Below are positions 49,008-58,932 of a stretch of 64,000 nucleotides of DNA, piece after piece. The stretch covers positions 10,776 through 74,775 of the forward strand of contig JANXNS010000003.1 in the NCBI GenBank assembly GCA_025353965.1, written 5' to 3'. The position numbers were made by a program, and so were the translations under genes. The notes below the pieces were generated by a model. The model was given only the letters and a program-made list of their open reading frames with translations, was not told the origin of the DNA and did no database searches. Source of the DNA: Aquihabitans sp. (GTDB lineage Bacteria; Actinomycetota; Acidimicrobiia; Acidimicrobiales; Iamiaceae). How positions within the stretch are numbered: position 1 is the first letter of the stretch; each line of letters starts with the position of its first letter.

Positions 49008-49039
49008 GAGACTTCTGGGCGGTCTCACTGCATAGGGGG
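49008..49039 (+). promoter_or_regulatory. conserved 32-bp motif upstream of the relaxase
   Basis: GAGA-N4-TGGG-N2-GTCTCAC-N-GCATAGGGGG, shared with 52182-52213. Confidence 0.65.
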
Positions 49040-49097
49040 ATGTGAACGACGATTTTGGACAGACGAGTGCATTGTGTCCCGGTGGGTGGTCCCGGTG

Positions 49098-51725
49098 ATG
49101 CGGGTGACGACGCTGAAGACGTCGGCCGGTGGCCTTGCTGGGTTGATCGGCTACTACGCCGGTCTGGCCGAGGACCGCACCCGTCAGGGCGCCGGGCGTG
49201 GCCCGGTGGATTACTACGTGGACCCGGACGAGCCGGCCGGCGTGTGGTGGGGATCGGGGCTCGGCGCCCTCGGCCTACGCGGCGAGGTCCAGGGTGAGGA
49301 CCTGCGTTCGTTGCTGGCGGGGGAGGACCCGGCGACAGGCTGGCCGTTGGGTCGGTCGTTCGGCGAGCGCTCGGCCCGCGGGTTTGATGCGACGTTCTCG
49401 GCGCCGAAGTCCGTCTCTGCGCTGTGGGCGCTGACGCCGGATCGGTGGGTTCGGGCCGAGGTCCTGGCCGCGCATGATGCTGCCGTGACGGCGGCCCTCG
49501 GGTGGTTCGAGGAGCACGGGGCGGTGACGCGCCGTGGCCGCGATGGTGTCGATCAGGTCGACTCGCTTGGGGTGACGGCGGCGTTGTTTCGTCAGCACAC
49601 GTCGCGGTCGATGGACCCGCAGTTACACACCCACGCGGTGATCTCGTCGAAGGTCCAAGACGCCACGGGGAAGTGGTTGGCGCTCGATGCCCGGTTCTTG
49701 AAGTTTCAGCAACGCAGCATCGGCTGGATCTACGACGCCGCCCTCCGCTCCGAGCTCACAACCCGCCTCGGCGTCACCTGGGATGCCGTCACAGCTGGAC
49801 CGGTCGACCTGGCCTGCGTTCCCGCTGAGGTGCGAGGCGTGTTGTCGAAACGGACCGGACAGATCGACGAGAAGCTCGGCGAGCTGCTCGAGCGGTGGAT
49901 GAACGAACACGACGGCGACGACCCAGACCCGGAGACGATCGCCGCGCTGGAACGCAAAGCCGTCCTCGCCTCCCGGCCAGCCAAGACGCACGGCGTCGAC
50001 GCTGGCGGGCTGCACCAGGAATGGGCGGCAGAGGCCGAGTCGGTGGGATTCGACCCGGACTCGCTGACAGCCGGTGGCATCCGGCGGCACGAGTCGCCAT
50101 CGCGAGTCGACGACCTGGCGTTGATCGAGGCTGCGATCGCTGGGGTGTCGGAGGAGTCCTCGACGTGGCTCGAAGCGGACTTGGCTCGGCACCTGGCCAC
50201 GATGCTCCCGGCCGACACCGGCCGCTCTGCGCAGGGTCTGGTCGTACTGATCGACAGCCTCGCTGCGTCGGCGGTGTCGTACTGCCGGGACATCTCCCCG
50301 GTCCCGTCTTGGGGGCCGTGTCGCAAGGACGGCCGTCCGATCGGTGAGCACGTCACGGACCACCGACTCAGCACCGATGACATCCTCGACCAAGAGCAGG
50401 ACCTGCAGGACTGGGCCCAAGCCTCCACCACCCCGCCGCCGGCCACCGATGACCCACAAGCAACCGCGGCCGGCGCCATCGCCGGGACCGACGGGCTGGT
50501 GGTGATCGTGGGCCCGGCGGGGACCGGCAAGACCACCACCATCGCCCGATCCGTCACCACCCTCCGCCACCAGCGACGGCCAGTCGTGGGCCTGGCGCCG
50601 TCGGGTAAGGCCGCCGACGTGCTCGCCACCGAGGCCGGCTGCGACAGCCTCACCCTCGCCTCGTTCCTCCAACGCCACACCGACCAGAGCCGACCGTCCG
50701 CGTGGCCGGCGGGGACGACGGTGGTGCTCGATGAGGCCGCGATGACCCGCACCGACGACCTCCACCGCCTCGTCACCCTCACCCGCCAACACCAATGGCG
50801 CCTCGTCGCCGTCGGCGACCCGGCACAACTCGGGGCCGTCGGACGCGGCGGAGTGTTCGCCCACTGGACCGCGACCGTCGCACACCACGAACTGGTAACC
50901 CCCCGGCGCTTCACCGAGCCCTGGGAAGCCGCCGCCAGCATCGCCCTGCGCGCCGGTGCCCCCGACGTCGCCGAGATCTATGCGTCGCATCACCGGCTCC
51001 ACACCACCCACCCCGCCCTCCTGGCCGCCCGCATCGCTCGTGAGGCTGCCGCTGACCTGGCGGCTGGGCTCGACATCGCCATCACCACCAAGACCGCCGA
51101 CACCGCACGGGCCATTAACCGAGCCATCCAGAACGCCCGACCCTCGGACCCCGAGCTGCACGTCGAGCTGGCGGATGGCACTTCGGCCCACGATGGTGAC
51201 CGAGTTGCCACTCGTCGCAATCGACCCGACCTCGTCACTACCGAGGGCGAGCCGGTTCGCAACCGGCACACCTGGACCGTCCGGGCTGTCGGCACCGATG
51301 GCGCGCTCACCGTCGACCACCCCAAGCGAGGCAGCGTCGTGCTGCCCGCCGACTACGTGGCCACGCAGGTCGAGCTCGGTTGGGCCGTCACTGGCTATGG
51401 GAACCAGGGCGACACCGTCGACATCGCTTACGCCATCCTCGAAGCCGGCACTGACCGCTCCGATGCCTATGTCGCGCTCACGCGCGGCCGTCACGCCAAC
51501 CACGCCTTCATCCCCGACCCCACCGGCACCCTCGACGCCGCCGAACAACTGGCCCAGACCATCAGCCACACCCCCGAACACGACTCGGCTCTCGCCTCCC
51601 ACCGGGCGCTCGTCCGCACCCACCTCAGCCACCAGAAACACGAACCGGCAGGCCCTGAGCCGATGACGGAGCCGCCCGCAAGCTCTGCCCCGTCCCACCA
51701 CGAACCGCCCGGACTGTCACTCTGA
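49098..51725 (+). CDS. MobF (TrwC/TraI-like) relaxase-helicase
   Basis: N-terminal Tyr pair (GYY), W.G.G, DATFSAPKSVS, HTSR..DPQLHTH His triad; helicase GPAGTGKTT, LDEAAM, AVGDPAQL, QG.TV, YVALTRGR. Confidence 0.95.
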   Translation: MRVTTLKTSAGGLAGLIGYYAGLAEDRTRQGAGRGPVDYYVDPDEPAGVWWGSGLGALGLRGEVQGEDLRSLLAGEDPATGWPLGRSFGERSARGFDATFSAPKSVSALWALTPDRWVRAEVLAAHDAAVTAALGWFEEHGAVTRRGRDGVDQVDSLGVTAALFRQHTSRSMDPQLHTHAVISSKVQDATGKWLALDARFLKFQQRSIGWIYDAALRSELTTRLGVTWDAVTAGPVDLACVPAEVRGVLSKRTGQIDEKLGELLERWMNEHDGDDPDPETIAALERKAVLASRPAKTHGVDAGGLHQEWAAEAESVGFDPDSLTAGGIRRHESPSRVDDLALIEAAIAGVSEESSTWLEADLARHLATMLPADTGRSAQGLVVLIDSLAASAVSYCRDISPVPSWGPCRKDGRPIGEHVTDHRLSTDDILDQEQDLQDWAQASTTPPPATDDPQATAAGAIAGTDGLVVIVGPAGTGKTTTIARSVTTLRHQRRPVVGLAPSGKAADVLATEAGCDSLTLASFLQRHTDQSRPSAWPAGTTVVLDEAAMTRTDDLHRLVTLTRQHQWRLVAVGDPAQLGAVGRGGVFAHWTATVAHHELVTPRRFTEPWEAAASIALRAGAPDVAEIYASHHRLHTTHPALLAARIAREAAADLAAGLDIAITTKTADTARAINRAIQNARPSDPELHVELADGTSAHDGDRVATRRNRPDLVTTEGEPVRNRHTWTVRAVGTDGALTVDHPKRGSVVLPADYVATQVELGWAVTGYGNQGDTVDIAYAILEAGTDRSDAYVALTRGRHANHAFIPDPTGTLDAAEQLAQTISHTPEHDSALASHRALVRTHLSHQKHEPAGPEPMTEPPASSAPSHHEPPGLSL

Positions 51726-51825
51726 GGCCCAGCGGGTCTCGGCCGGATCTTTGGGGTGAGTTACTCGACAAACCCGCCGATGAGCCAAGCGTTTCTCGAA
51801 CCGCGAACCCGCGCCGCCATCCTGC

Positions 51826-52095
51826 TCACGCCTTGCGTCGCCGTCGCCGCCGGTCCACCGTCAGCAGGGCGGCAACGGCAACCACCGGCACGACGGCGAC
51901 TGCGGCCTGACGTCGAGCGCCGCTAGGGCAGCGCGGCACACCGTTCTGGTTGCTTTCGCCGTCCCGGTAACTAGGCGACAACAGGATCAGTGCAGTCGGA
52001 TCGTCGCACTTGCTCGGCTCCGCGCTCGGCGGGATCGCCAACAATGCAACCAGGAACAGCACCGCCACCGCCATCGCGCCCCACCTGGCTGCCAT
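51826..52095 (-). CDS. small hypothetical membrane protein
   Basis: Two hydrophobic segments, Cys pair, poly-Arg tail. Confidence 0.4.
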   Translation of the reverse strand: MAARWGAMAVAVLFLVALLAIPPSAEPSKCDDPTALILLSPSYRDGESNQNGVPRCPSGARRQAAVAVVPVVAVAALLTVDRRRRRRKA

Positions 52096-52181
52096 GGCCT
52101 AGGCCTAGCAGCGGCGGACCGTCTTGTCCTGTCGGGCACTGGGCCTCAAGTCACACTTCTCCAGGTTTCTGGATCGGATTT

Positions 52182-52213
52182 GAGAGATTTGGGGTGTCTC
52201 ACGGCATAGGGGG
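52182..52213 (+). promoter_or_regulatory. conserved 32-bp motif upstream of xis-int
   Basis: Second copy of the motif at 49008-49039. Confidence 0.65.
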
Positions 52214-52241
52214 GTGACCAACCCCTACTGGAGGCTCACCT

Positions 52242-52448
52242 ATGACCACCCTGGACACCTCGCATGACGGGTCCCTCATGGACCTGCCTGCCGTTGCTGA
52301 ACGGCTCGGCGTCAACGAACGACACATCCGACGCCTCGTTGCCGAACGACGCATCCCCTATCTCAAGTGGGGCCACCTGCTCCGCTTCGACCCCACCGAC
52401 ATCGACACCTGGCTCGACCAGGCCCGCCACACCCCACGCACCGCCTGA
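52242..52448 (+). CDS. excisionase-like HTH_17 protein
   Basis: LMDLPAVAERLGVNERHIRRLV..RRIPYLKWGHLLRFD; GGAGG RBS. Confidence 0.88.
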   Translation: MTTLDTSHDGSLMDLPAVAERLGVNERHIRRLVAERRIPYLKWGHLLRFDPTDIDTWLDQARHTPRTA

Positions 52449-52527
52449 ACACCCGTACCCTGGAGCTGCACGCGTCGTCGGGGTCGCTCAACCCCCTCCT
52501 CCCACCCTGCAATCGGGAGGTCGTTCA

Positions 52528-53691
52528 ATGACGCGCCGATCCTTCGGAGCCCTACGCAAGCTCCCCTCCGGACGCTGGCAAGCCAGCTACACCGACGAAC
52601 GCACCGGCGAGCGAACCATCGCCCCGGCCACCTTCACCACCAAGACCGACGCCAACCTCTGGCTCTCCAGCATCTCCCTCGACCGCTCACGCGGCCGGCT
52701 CCTCGACCAAAAGCTCAGCCAACGACCCTTCCAGGACTGGGCAGCCGAGTGGATGGGCGGGCTCCACGTAAAGCCCAAGACCGAGGTGAGCTACGAGTCG
52801 TCACTGCGCAACCACGTCCTGCCCGTCTTCGAGGGGCGAGCGGTCGGATCGATCACGTATCGCGACGCCAAGCAGTTCGTCGCCGATCTCGCCAACAAGG
52901 GGCTGGCCCCCGGCACAATCGACGAGGCCCGCAAGATCCTTCGGATGGTGCTCCAGGAGGCACTCCGGGCCGACGCCATCAGCCGCAACCCCGCCGACGG
53001 GCTCCGGGTCCCCCGAGGCGAGCGGCAGGAGATGGTGTTCTTGACCGCCGAGCAGGTCTTCGCCCTCGCTGACGAAGTCGCTCACCCTCCACGCCCCCAG
53101 CGCCACCCGCAGCTGGAGTTTCCGAACTACGGACTGCTGGTGCGGTTCGCGGCGTTCACCGGTCTCCGAGCGGGTGAGATCGGCGCCCTCCGCATCGGAC
53201 GCATGGCTCCGGACGGTCGCTGGGTCGAGGTCGCCGAATCAGCAGAAGAGGTTCACGGCGAACTCGTCTACGGCCCTCCCAAGACCTACGCCCGGCGCCG
53301 AGTCGAAATTCCGACCGCTCTGGCGGTCGAGCTCCAAGAGCACCTGGCGACGCGGCCGGCTGCGCACGACGCGTTCGTGTTCACCGCCCCGGACGGCGGG
53401 GCCCTCCGTCACTCGAACTTCTACCGACGCCACTACAAGCCGGCGGTGGCCCGTTCGGACCTCGACCCCCGGACCCGGTTCCACGATCTCCGCCACACCG
53501 CCGCCGCGATGATGATCGGTCAGGGCGCCCACCTGCTCGTGGTCAAGGAGCGCCTCGGGCACTCCAGCATCACGGTCACCGCCGACCGGTACGGGCACCT
53601 CTACCCATCCCTATCGGCTGCGCTGACCGCCCAGCTCGAGGACGTCTACACCGCGGCCGCGGGCACCGGCAGCGCCCGCAACCGGCCGTGA
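52528..53691 (+). CDS. tyrosine recombinase/integrase
   Basis: Complete catalytic set: GLRAGE (R), FHDLRHT (HxxR), RLGHS (H), RYGH (Y); N-terminal RKLPSGRWQA arm domain. Confidence 0.96.
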   Translation: MTRRSFGALRKLPSGRWQASYTDERTGERTIAPATFTTKTDANLWLSSISLDRSRGRLLDQKLSQRPFQDWAAEWMGGLHVKPKTEVSYESSLRNHVLPVFEGRAVGSITYRDAKQFVADLANKGLAPGTIDEARKILRMVLQEALRADAISRNPADGLRVPRGERQEMVFLTAEQVFALADEVAHPPRPQRHPQLEFPNYGLLVRFAAFTGLRAGEIGALRIGRMAPDGRWVEVAESAEEVHGELVYGPPKTYARRRVEIPTALAVELQEHLATRPAAHDAFVFTAPDGGALRHSNFYRRHYKPAVARSDLDPRTRFHDLRHTAAAMMIGQGAHLLVVKERLGHSSITVTADRYGHLYPSLSAALTAQLEDVYTAAAGTGSARNRP

Positions 53692-53707
53692 GCAACCACG
53701 AGGCTCC

Positions 53708-53734
53708 TGCACGCTGTTGCACGTATGTTGCACG
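53708..53734 (+). repeat. putative integrase arm-type sites
   Basis: TGCACG (53708), TGTTGCACG (53715) and TGTTGCACG (53726). Confidence 0.6.
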
Positions 53735-53802
53735 CCGGGCCTTCGAGCGCTCTCAGCCGCCCGGATTTTGGCCTCCGGTAACGCCGTGACCTGGGGTTTC
53801 CT

Positions 53803-53847
53803 GAGAGCCCGCGGTCGGAATCGAACCGACGACCTGCCGCTTACAAG
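53803..53847. repeat. proximal att site (within tRNA-Thr)
   Basis: Identical to 38501-38545. Confidence 0.95.
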
Positions 53848-53879
53848 GCGGCTGCTCTGGCCAACTGAGCTACACGGGC
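53806..53879 (-). tRNA. tRNA-Thr(UGU)
   Basis: Acceptor stem GCCCGTG/CGCGGGC, D arm TAGCTCAGTTGGCCAGAGC, anticodon stem GCCGC-CTTGTAA-GCGGC, T loop GGTTCGATTCC; CCA not encoded. Confidence 0.96.
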
Positions 53880-54058
53880 GGGGCCGGAATCGTACGTGGG
53901 AGGAAACCCCTCCAACGTTGGCTTCCGGTTGAAGGACTAATCTAGGCGAGGGCTGTTCGGCGCCCGGGAGCCGGTTCGAGGCGCGTTCTGTTCGGTCGGA
54001 GCGGTTCAGCGGGAGGGTGGGCGCGCTCAAGCCGGCGCGAGCCTGGTGCTCAAGCCGC

Positions 54059-55021
54059 TCAGGCCGCTTGGGTGAGCGGTGGGTCGCTGCTGCGCTGCGC
54101 GTGTCGGTGCAGCGCGAGGGAGTTGACCATCAGTGCGTGGGTCAACTGGTTCAGCAGCTGCCGCTTGTGGCCGATCGAGTGCGCTCGGCGGAGCCAGAGC
54201 GTGTCGTCGAGGGCCCGGTTGATGGATTCGGCGTCGTTGCGTCGCCGGTAGAGCGCCTTGAAGTCCGGGTCCGTGGGTGGGATGGGTCGGATGTTCTCGG
54301 TGCGGTTGAACCGGCGCTTCTGGTCCTCGGCGTTGCCGCGGAGCCGCATGGAGAGGGTGCCGCCGCCGAGGTGGTCGGGTAGCCGGTAGTCGTTGGACCA
54401 GCGGTATCCGACCTTGCTGGTGTGTCGGTGGGTTCGGACCCGGGCGAGCTCGGTGAACGCCATCTCGCCGGTGTCAGTCAGCGTGGCGATGCCGAGCGCG
54501 CCGCCGCGGGCAAAGAGTGAGATTGTCTGGCTGGTTCCGGCGGGCAGTGTGATGGTGCGGTCTTCGACGTGGGTGGACTTCTCGGTGCGTTCGCCGCTCT
54601 TGCGTCGCGGCTTGGCGACGCGGGCCTTGGCCGCGATGACCTTGCTGACCGGCCGCCATCCGAGGTCTCGCAGGAGCGTCTGGTGGTGGACGCCTCGCAA
54701 GGCGGTGTCGTAGATGACTCCCTGTGCGCCAGGGCACTGGGGTGCGAGCTGAGCGAAGGATTCCATGGCCTTAGCCGCTTCGCCTCCCGGGTTTGGGACC
54801 CAGTCCACGTCGAGGATCACCCGTCCATGGATGTCGGTGGTGCGCACGGCGACGATCACGAACTTGGTGCCCCACACCATCTCGCCCGTGCCCTCGACGT
54901 GCAGCCCTGTATCGGCTTCGGCTCGCAGGTGCCTGATCTCTCCGGTCTCCTTGTTGACCTTCGTATCGCCGGGCCGGGCGCGGAACAGCGGCGTGACGAC
55001 CTTTCCGTTGGCGTACAGCAT
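54059..55021 (-). pseudogene. DDE transposase remnant (IS4/IS5-superfamily-like)
   Basis: VIYDTA and YRRRNDAESIN (Y..R...E signature); N-terminus missing; first catalytic Asp position reads ANG. Confidence 0.6.
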
Positions 55022-55389
55022 CCGGCTCAGGTGGGGTGGGTCCACGATCCGGGACCGTCGGGGTCGAGCAGCCCGAACGAGCGTCGTGCACGACTGGCGA
55101 CGACGGCACCCCGAGTTCCCCGCTCCAATCGCGAAGTTGGCCATGGGCCTGTTGTGGGCCTGGCCTGACGTGGGACGATGGGCCCGGACGACCGGTCGGC
55201 TCACCTAGCGGTCCGCACCTCGCAGCTCAGGTGCTGGAGACCGGCGCAGATGAGCCCAGCACCGCGGCATGTTCTGCGGCGCCCGCCGAGAATGCTGCAC
55301 AGCCCTGTGCTCGGGCCTGCACTGCCTTCCGGCTTCGTGAGTCCTGCTGCGACCCCCTGGTCGGACGGTGCCCGGTTGGACAGGGCCCG

Positions 55390-56205
55390 TCAGTCGTACC
55401 AGTGCAGGGTGGCTCGCATGGCGGCGTCGAAGTCCTCGAAGGACATGGCCTTCTTGGCCGCAGCAATGAGCTCGCCGTCTTGGCCGACGATGGTGCGGAA
55501 AGGGGTCGCCGGGTCCACCGCGGCACGTGCGATGGCGTCGGCCACGAGCTGAGGATCCTGCGTATCGAGGGCAGTCAGCGCTTTGCGCAGTGTGAGTGCT
55601 CGGGCCTGGTCGGCTGAGCCTTCCCAGGCCACGGGGCGGACGATGTTGCCGTGGAAACCGGTGGCCGAGAATCGGCCTGGCTCGATGAGGTGGATCCGGA
55701 TTCCGGTCCCCGAGGTCTCGAAGTGCAGCGATTCGCTCATCCCCTCGAGCGCCCACTTCGAGGCGGCGTATGCCCCGCCCCACGGCATCGCGGCGATGCC
55801 CACGACGCTGCTGACGTTGATGATGGCGCCGCTCCGGCGGGCGCGCCACGCCGGCAGGACGGCCCGGACGGTGCGCAGGGGTCCGAGCACGTTGGTGTCG
55901 AGCTGCCGTTGCATCAGCTGATCGTCGACCATCTCGATCGCGCCTTGGACCTCGAATCCGGCGTTGTTGACGATTGCGTCGATTGCGTCGGCGTCGGCGA
56001 GCGCCTCGGAGACGGACTCGGGATCACAAACGTCGAATTGACGGACCTCGATGTCGAACCCCTCAGCCCGACACTCGTCGATCAGGCTCTGGGCCTTCGA
56101 TCTGTCGCGCATCGTGGCGATGACATGGTGCCCTTGGCGGGCCAGCGTGATCGTCGCCAACCGGCCGAAGCCGCTGCTGGTGCCGGTGATGAGGATGCGA
56201 GTCAT
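55390..56205 (-). CDS. SDR family oxidoreductase
   Basis: ITGTSSGFG, VNNAG, NVSS, YAASK. Confidence 0.94.
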   Translation of the reverse strand: MTRILITGTSSGFGRLATITLARQGHHVIATMRDRSKAQSLIDECRAEGFDIEVRQFDVCDPESVSEALADADAIDAIVNNAGFEVQGAIEMVDDQLMQRQLDTNVLGPLRTVRAVLPAWRARRSGAIINVSSVVGIAAMPWGGAYAASKWALEGMSESLHFETSGTGIRIHLIEPGRFSATGFHGNIVRPVAWEGSADQARALTLRKALTALDTQDPQLVADAIARAAVDPATPFRTIVGQDGELIAAAKKAMSFEDFDAAMRATLHWYD

Positions 56206-57413
56206 ACGTGCGATCCTCGCGGTTCGGGCAGGGCGTTCGCGGCGGCGACCTCGGCGAGCCAGTGGGCGCTGGGCTTGAGGGTCCGGGCGAAGGTGGTGCG
56301 GTCGACCTGGACCAGCCCGAAGCGAGGTGCATAGCCGAACGTCCACTCGAAGTTGTCGAGCAACGACCAGCAGGTGTAGCCCCGCACGTCGACCCCGTCC
56401 GCGATCGCCCGTAGGACTCCCTCGAGCGCGGTGTGCAGGTAACGGATGCGCTGGGCGTCGTCGTCGGTGCCGATGCCGTTCTCGGTCACGAGAAGGGGTG
56501 TGCTGCCGCCTGTGTACTGCCAGGCTCGGCGCAGTGTGGCCTCGAGGGACTGGGGCCAGTACTCGTAGCCCATGATCAGGGTCTCCACGCCCTCCTCGCC
56601 GCCCACAGCACCGCTCGTGCCTACCCGGTTCCGGCTGTAGGTCTGGACCCCGATGAAGTCGTCGCCGCCGGTGGCATCGAGGAACACGTCTTCAGAGATG
56701 CGGCGCTCCTCGGCCATACGCTCATCGCCACCATCGATGGCCACCCACTCGGCCATGGAGAGGGTGAGGCCGACGGGCGTGTCCGGGGAGTTGGTGCGGA
56801 TGACGTCAACTGCGGCTCGGTGGGCGTCGACGAAGGTGGCGTTGATCTGCGCGAGTTCGCTCATGCCAAGTTGCTTGCCGGGCGGGAAGAATCCCATGAC
56901 GTATCCAGTGAACGACACGACGTTTGGCTCGTTGATGGTGCAGGCCCTCGCCATCAGGCCGTCGAGGCGTGCAGGCGCTTGATCGACAAACGCGGCGAAC
57001 CGCTCGACGATCGCGGCGTCCTCCCAACCCCCTTTCGCCGCCAGCCATTGTGGGGTGGTGAAGTGGTGGAAGGTAACTACGGGGTCGATGCCTCGCGAGC
57101 GAAGCCGCTCGCAGATCCGGGCGTAGTGGTCGAGTGCTGCCTGGGAGAACTCGCCTTCGGCGGGCTCAATGCGGCTCCACTCGAGTGAGAAGCGGTAGGT
57201 GTCGAGTCCCAACCCGGCGACGATGTCGATGTCTTCGCGCCATCGGTGATAGCTGTCGGTGGCATCGCCGCTGGACTCGACGGCGGGACTGGCCGGGTCG
57301 TGTTCGAAGGCCCACCAGTCGTTGTTGGTGTTGCCGCCCTCGATCTGGTGGGCGGCGGTCGCCGTTCCCCACGTGAACCCGTCAGGGAATCGGCTGGCGG
57401 TGGTGTCGGACAT
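56202..57413 (-). CDS. GH1 beta-glucosidase
   Basis: WGTATAAHQIEG, YRFSLEWSRI, TINEP acid/base, VTENG nucleophile, WSLLDNFEW. Confidence 0.95.
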   Translation of the reverse strand: MSDTTASRFPDGFTWGTATAAHQIEGGNTNNDWWAFEHDPASPAVESSGDATDSYHRWREDIDIVAGLGLDTYRFSLEWSRIEPAEGEFSQAALDHYARICERLRSRGIDPVVTFHHFTTPQWLAAKGGWEDAAIVERFAAFVDQAPARLDGLMARACTINEPNVVSFTGYVMGFFPPGKQLGMSELAQINATFVDAHRAAVDVIRTNSPDTPVGLTLSMAEWVAIDGGDERMAEERRISEDVFLDATGGDDFIGVQTYSRNRVGTSGAVGGEEGVETLIMGYEYWPQSLEATLRRAWQYTGGSTPLLVTENGIGTDDDAQRIRYLHTALEGVLRAIADGVDVRGYTCWSLLDNFEWTFGYAPRFGLVQVDRTTFARTLKPSAHWLAEVAAANALPEPRGSHV

Positions 57414-57416
57414 GGC

Positions 57417-58586
57417 TCAGTTTCCGTTCTGGTGGAGCAGCAGTTCATCTCGGATGGCGTTCAGGGCGGACTTCGGCCGGTAGGAGCGGTCGAAGGGGAG
57501 CGGCGCTCGGCCCGGCCCGAGGAAGTCGTCGATCCAGGTGTAGCGGTCGGTGAATCCCCAGGTCGTGACCTCTCGGCATGAGGCGTCGAGGCACTCGGCA
57601 AGGACCTGGCCGTAGACGGTGGCCTGCGCGTCGAGTGGCCGGGCGTCGCTGGATGTCGGGATGTCGAGTTCGGTGATCGCCACGGCGACGCCGAGCGACC
57701 GGAGCTCGTCGAACAGTGTCCGGAGGACGCCCGGTTCGACCGATCCGGAGATCAGGTGGCCCTGGACGCCGACGCCGTCGATCGGGGTGCCCTCGTCCAC
57801 CAGTCGCTTCACCAGTGCGATCAGTGCTCCGGCCTTCGCCGGCTGGTACTCGACGGCGGCCTCGTTCAGGAACAGGTGTGCCTCAGGGTCAGCCTCATGG
57901 GCGATCCGGAACATCTCGGCCACGTAGTCATCGCCGAGCACGTGCCGGAAGTGGTTGTCGTAGAGGCCCGATCCGACCGTGTCGAGTGGTTCATTCACCA
58001 CGTCCCACCGATCAACCTTGCCTCTATAGCGATGCATGACCGTCGTGATGTGATCGCGGATCACACGTCGGAGTTCGGCCGGGTCGTCGATCCGAAGGAC
58101 CCAGTCAGGGGTGGAGCCGATGACCTTCTGGTCCCAGATGAGGTTGTGGCCCTTGACCTGGAGATCGTTCGCTTGGGCGAAATCGACGATCTGGTCGGCG
58201 GGTCCGAAGTTCCACGTGTCGGGCGTCGGGTGGATCGAGGACCACTTCAGCTCGTTCTCCGGCGTGATGCTGTTGAAGGTCTCAAGCAGCGTGCGGCGAT
58301 AGTCCGCCTGATCCAGGTGGCTTGCGGCCACCGCCGTCCCCAGCGTCACCCCTGCCGCGTCGGCGGCCTGCCGCGTGGTGCAGGCATCGGGGCGGTGGGT
58401 ACACGACGCCCGGGTGGTCGTCGTCTGGGACGCGGGAGGAGCGACCCTCCCGGTCTCAGCGGCACCACTGCACGCCGCAAGCGACGCCGCGGCGAGTCCG
58501 ACCACTGCGGCCAGGGCGGACGCGATCGCAACGAAACGCCGCGGTCTCACGCCCGCCTCAGCAGCTTCCAGGGCAGCAGTTCGCAC
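57417..58586 (-). CDS. GH10 endo-1,4-beta-xylanase-like lipoprotein
   Basis: Lipobox LAAC, ITPENELKW, GHNLIW, WDVVNEP, GVQGH, ITELDI. Confidence 0.92.
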   Translation of the reverse strand: MRTAALEAAEAGVRPRRFVAIASALAAVVGLAAASLAACSGAAETGRVAPPASQTTTTRASCTHRPDACTTRQAADAAGVTLGTAVAASHLDQADYRRTLLETFNSITPENELKWSSIHPTPDTWNFGPADQIVDFAQANDLQVKGHNLIWDQKVIGSTPDWVLRIDDPAELRRVIRDHITTVMHRYRGKVDRWDVVNEPLDTVGSGLYDNHFRHVLGDDYVAEMFRIAHEADPEAHLFLNEAAVEYQPAKAGALIALVKRLVDEGTPIDGVGVQGHLISGSVEPGVLRTLFDELRSLGVAVAITELDIPTSSDARPLDAQATVYGQVLAECLDASCREVTTWGFTDRYTWIDDFLGPGRAPLPFDRSYRPKSALNAIRDELLLHQNGN

Positions 58587-58864
58587 ATCACGCCACCTTT
58601 CGAACCGCCGCGGTCGAAGAAGCGCATCTACGCGCTGATGAGCGGGGTTTCGCAGGTGACGAGTCGGTCCGTGGTCCCCGCACCTTGCGCGGCGCCGTTC
58701 CCGGGTTCACCGGTGGAAGTGACGGTCACGTTGTCGTAGGTCCAGGTCGATGTGGTCCCGGCGCGGCCGACGGAGGCATCGCCCCGGACCGCGTTGAGCG
58801 CGTACCTCACTGCATCTGAGTGTCGCGCGCTTAATACCTGTCCCCCTGTGACATTGTCCCTGAA

Positions 58865-58880
58865 ATAACCAACTGGTTAT
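58865..58880. promoter_or_regulatory. palindromic operator candidate
   Basis: ATAACCA-ac-TGGTTAT in an AT-rich intergenic patch upstream of the GH10-GH1-SDR genes. Confidence 0.5.
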
Positions 58881-58932
58881 AAAGCCTGGCACAGCGGTGC
58901 TGGGTTGTCGACCGCGATCGTCGTTCGTCTGG

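Larger units (their letters stand above)
38501..53847. mobile_element. ~15.3 kb integrative mobilisable element in tRNA-Thr(UGU)
   Basis: 45-bp direct att repeats, intact tyrosine integrase, Xis-like HTH and MobF relaxase; no T4SS genes. Confidence 0.92.

Noticed and set aside
38546-53802. Prophage or self-transmissible ICE
   Set aside because: No structural, terminase, VirB4, coupling-protein or FtsK/TraB genes between the att sites.
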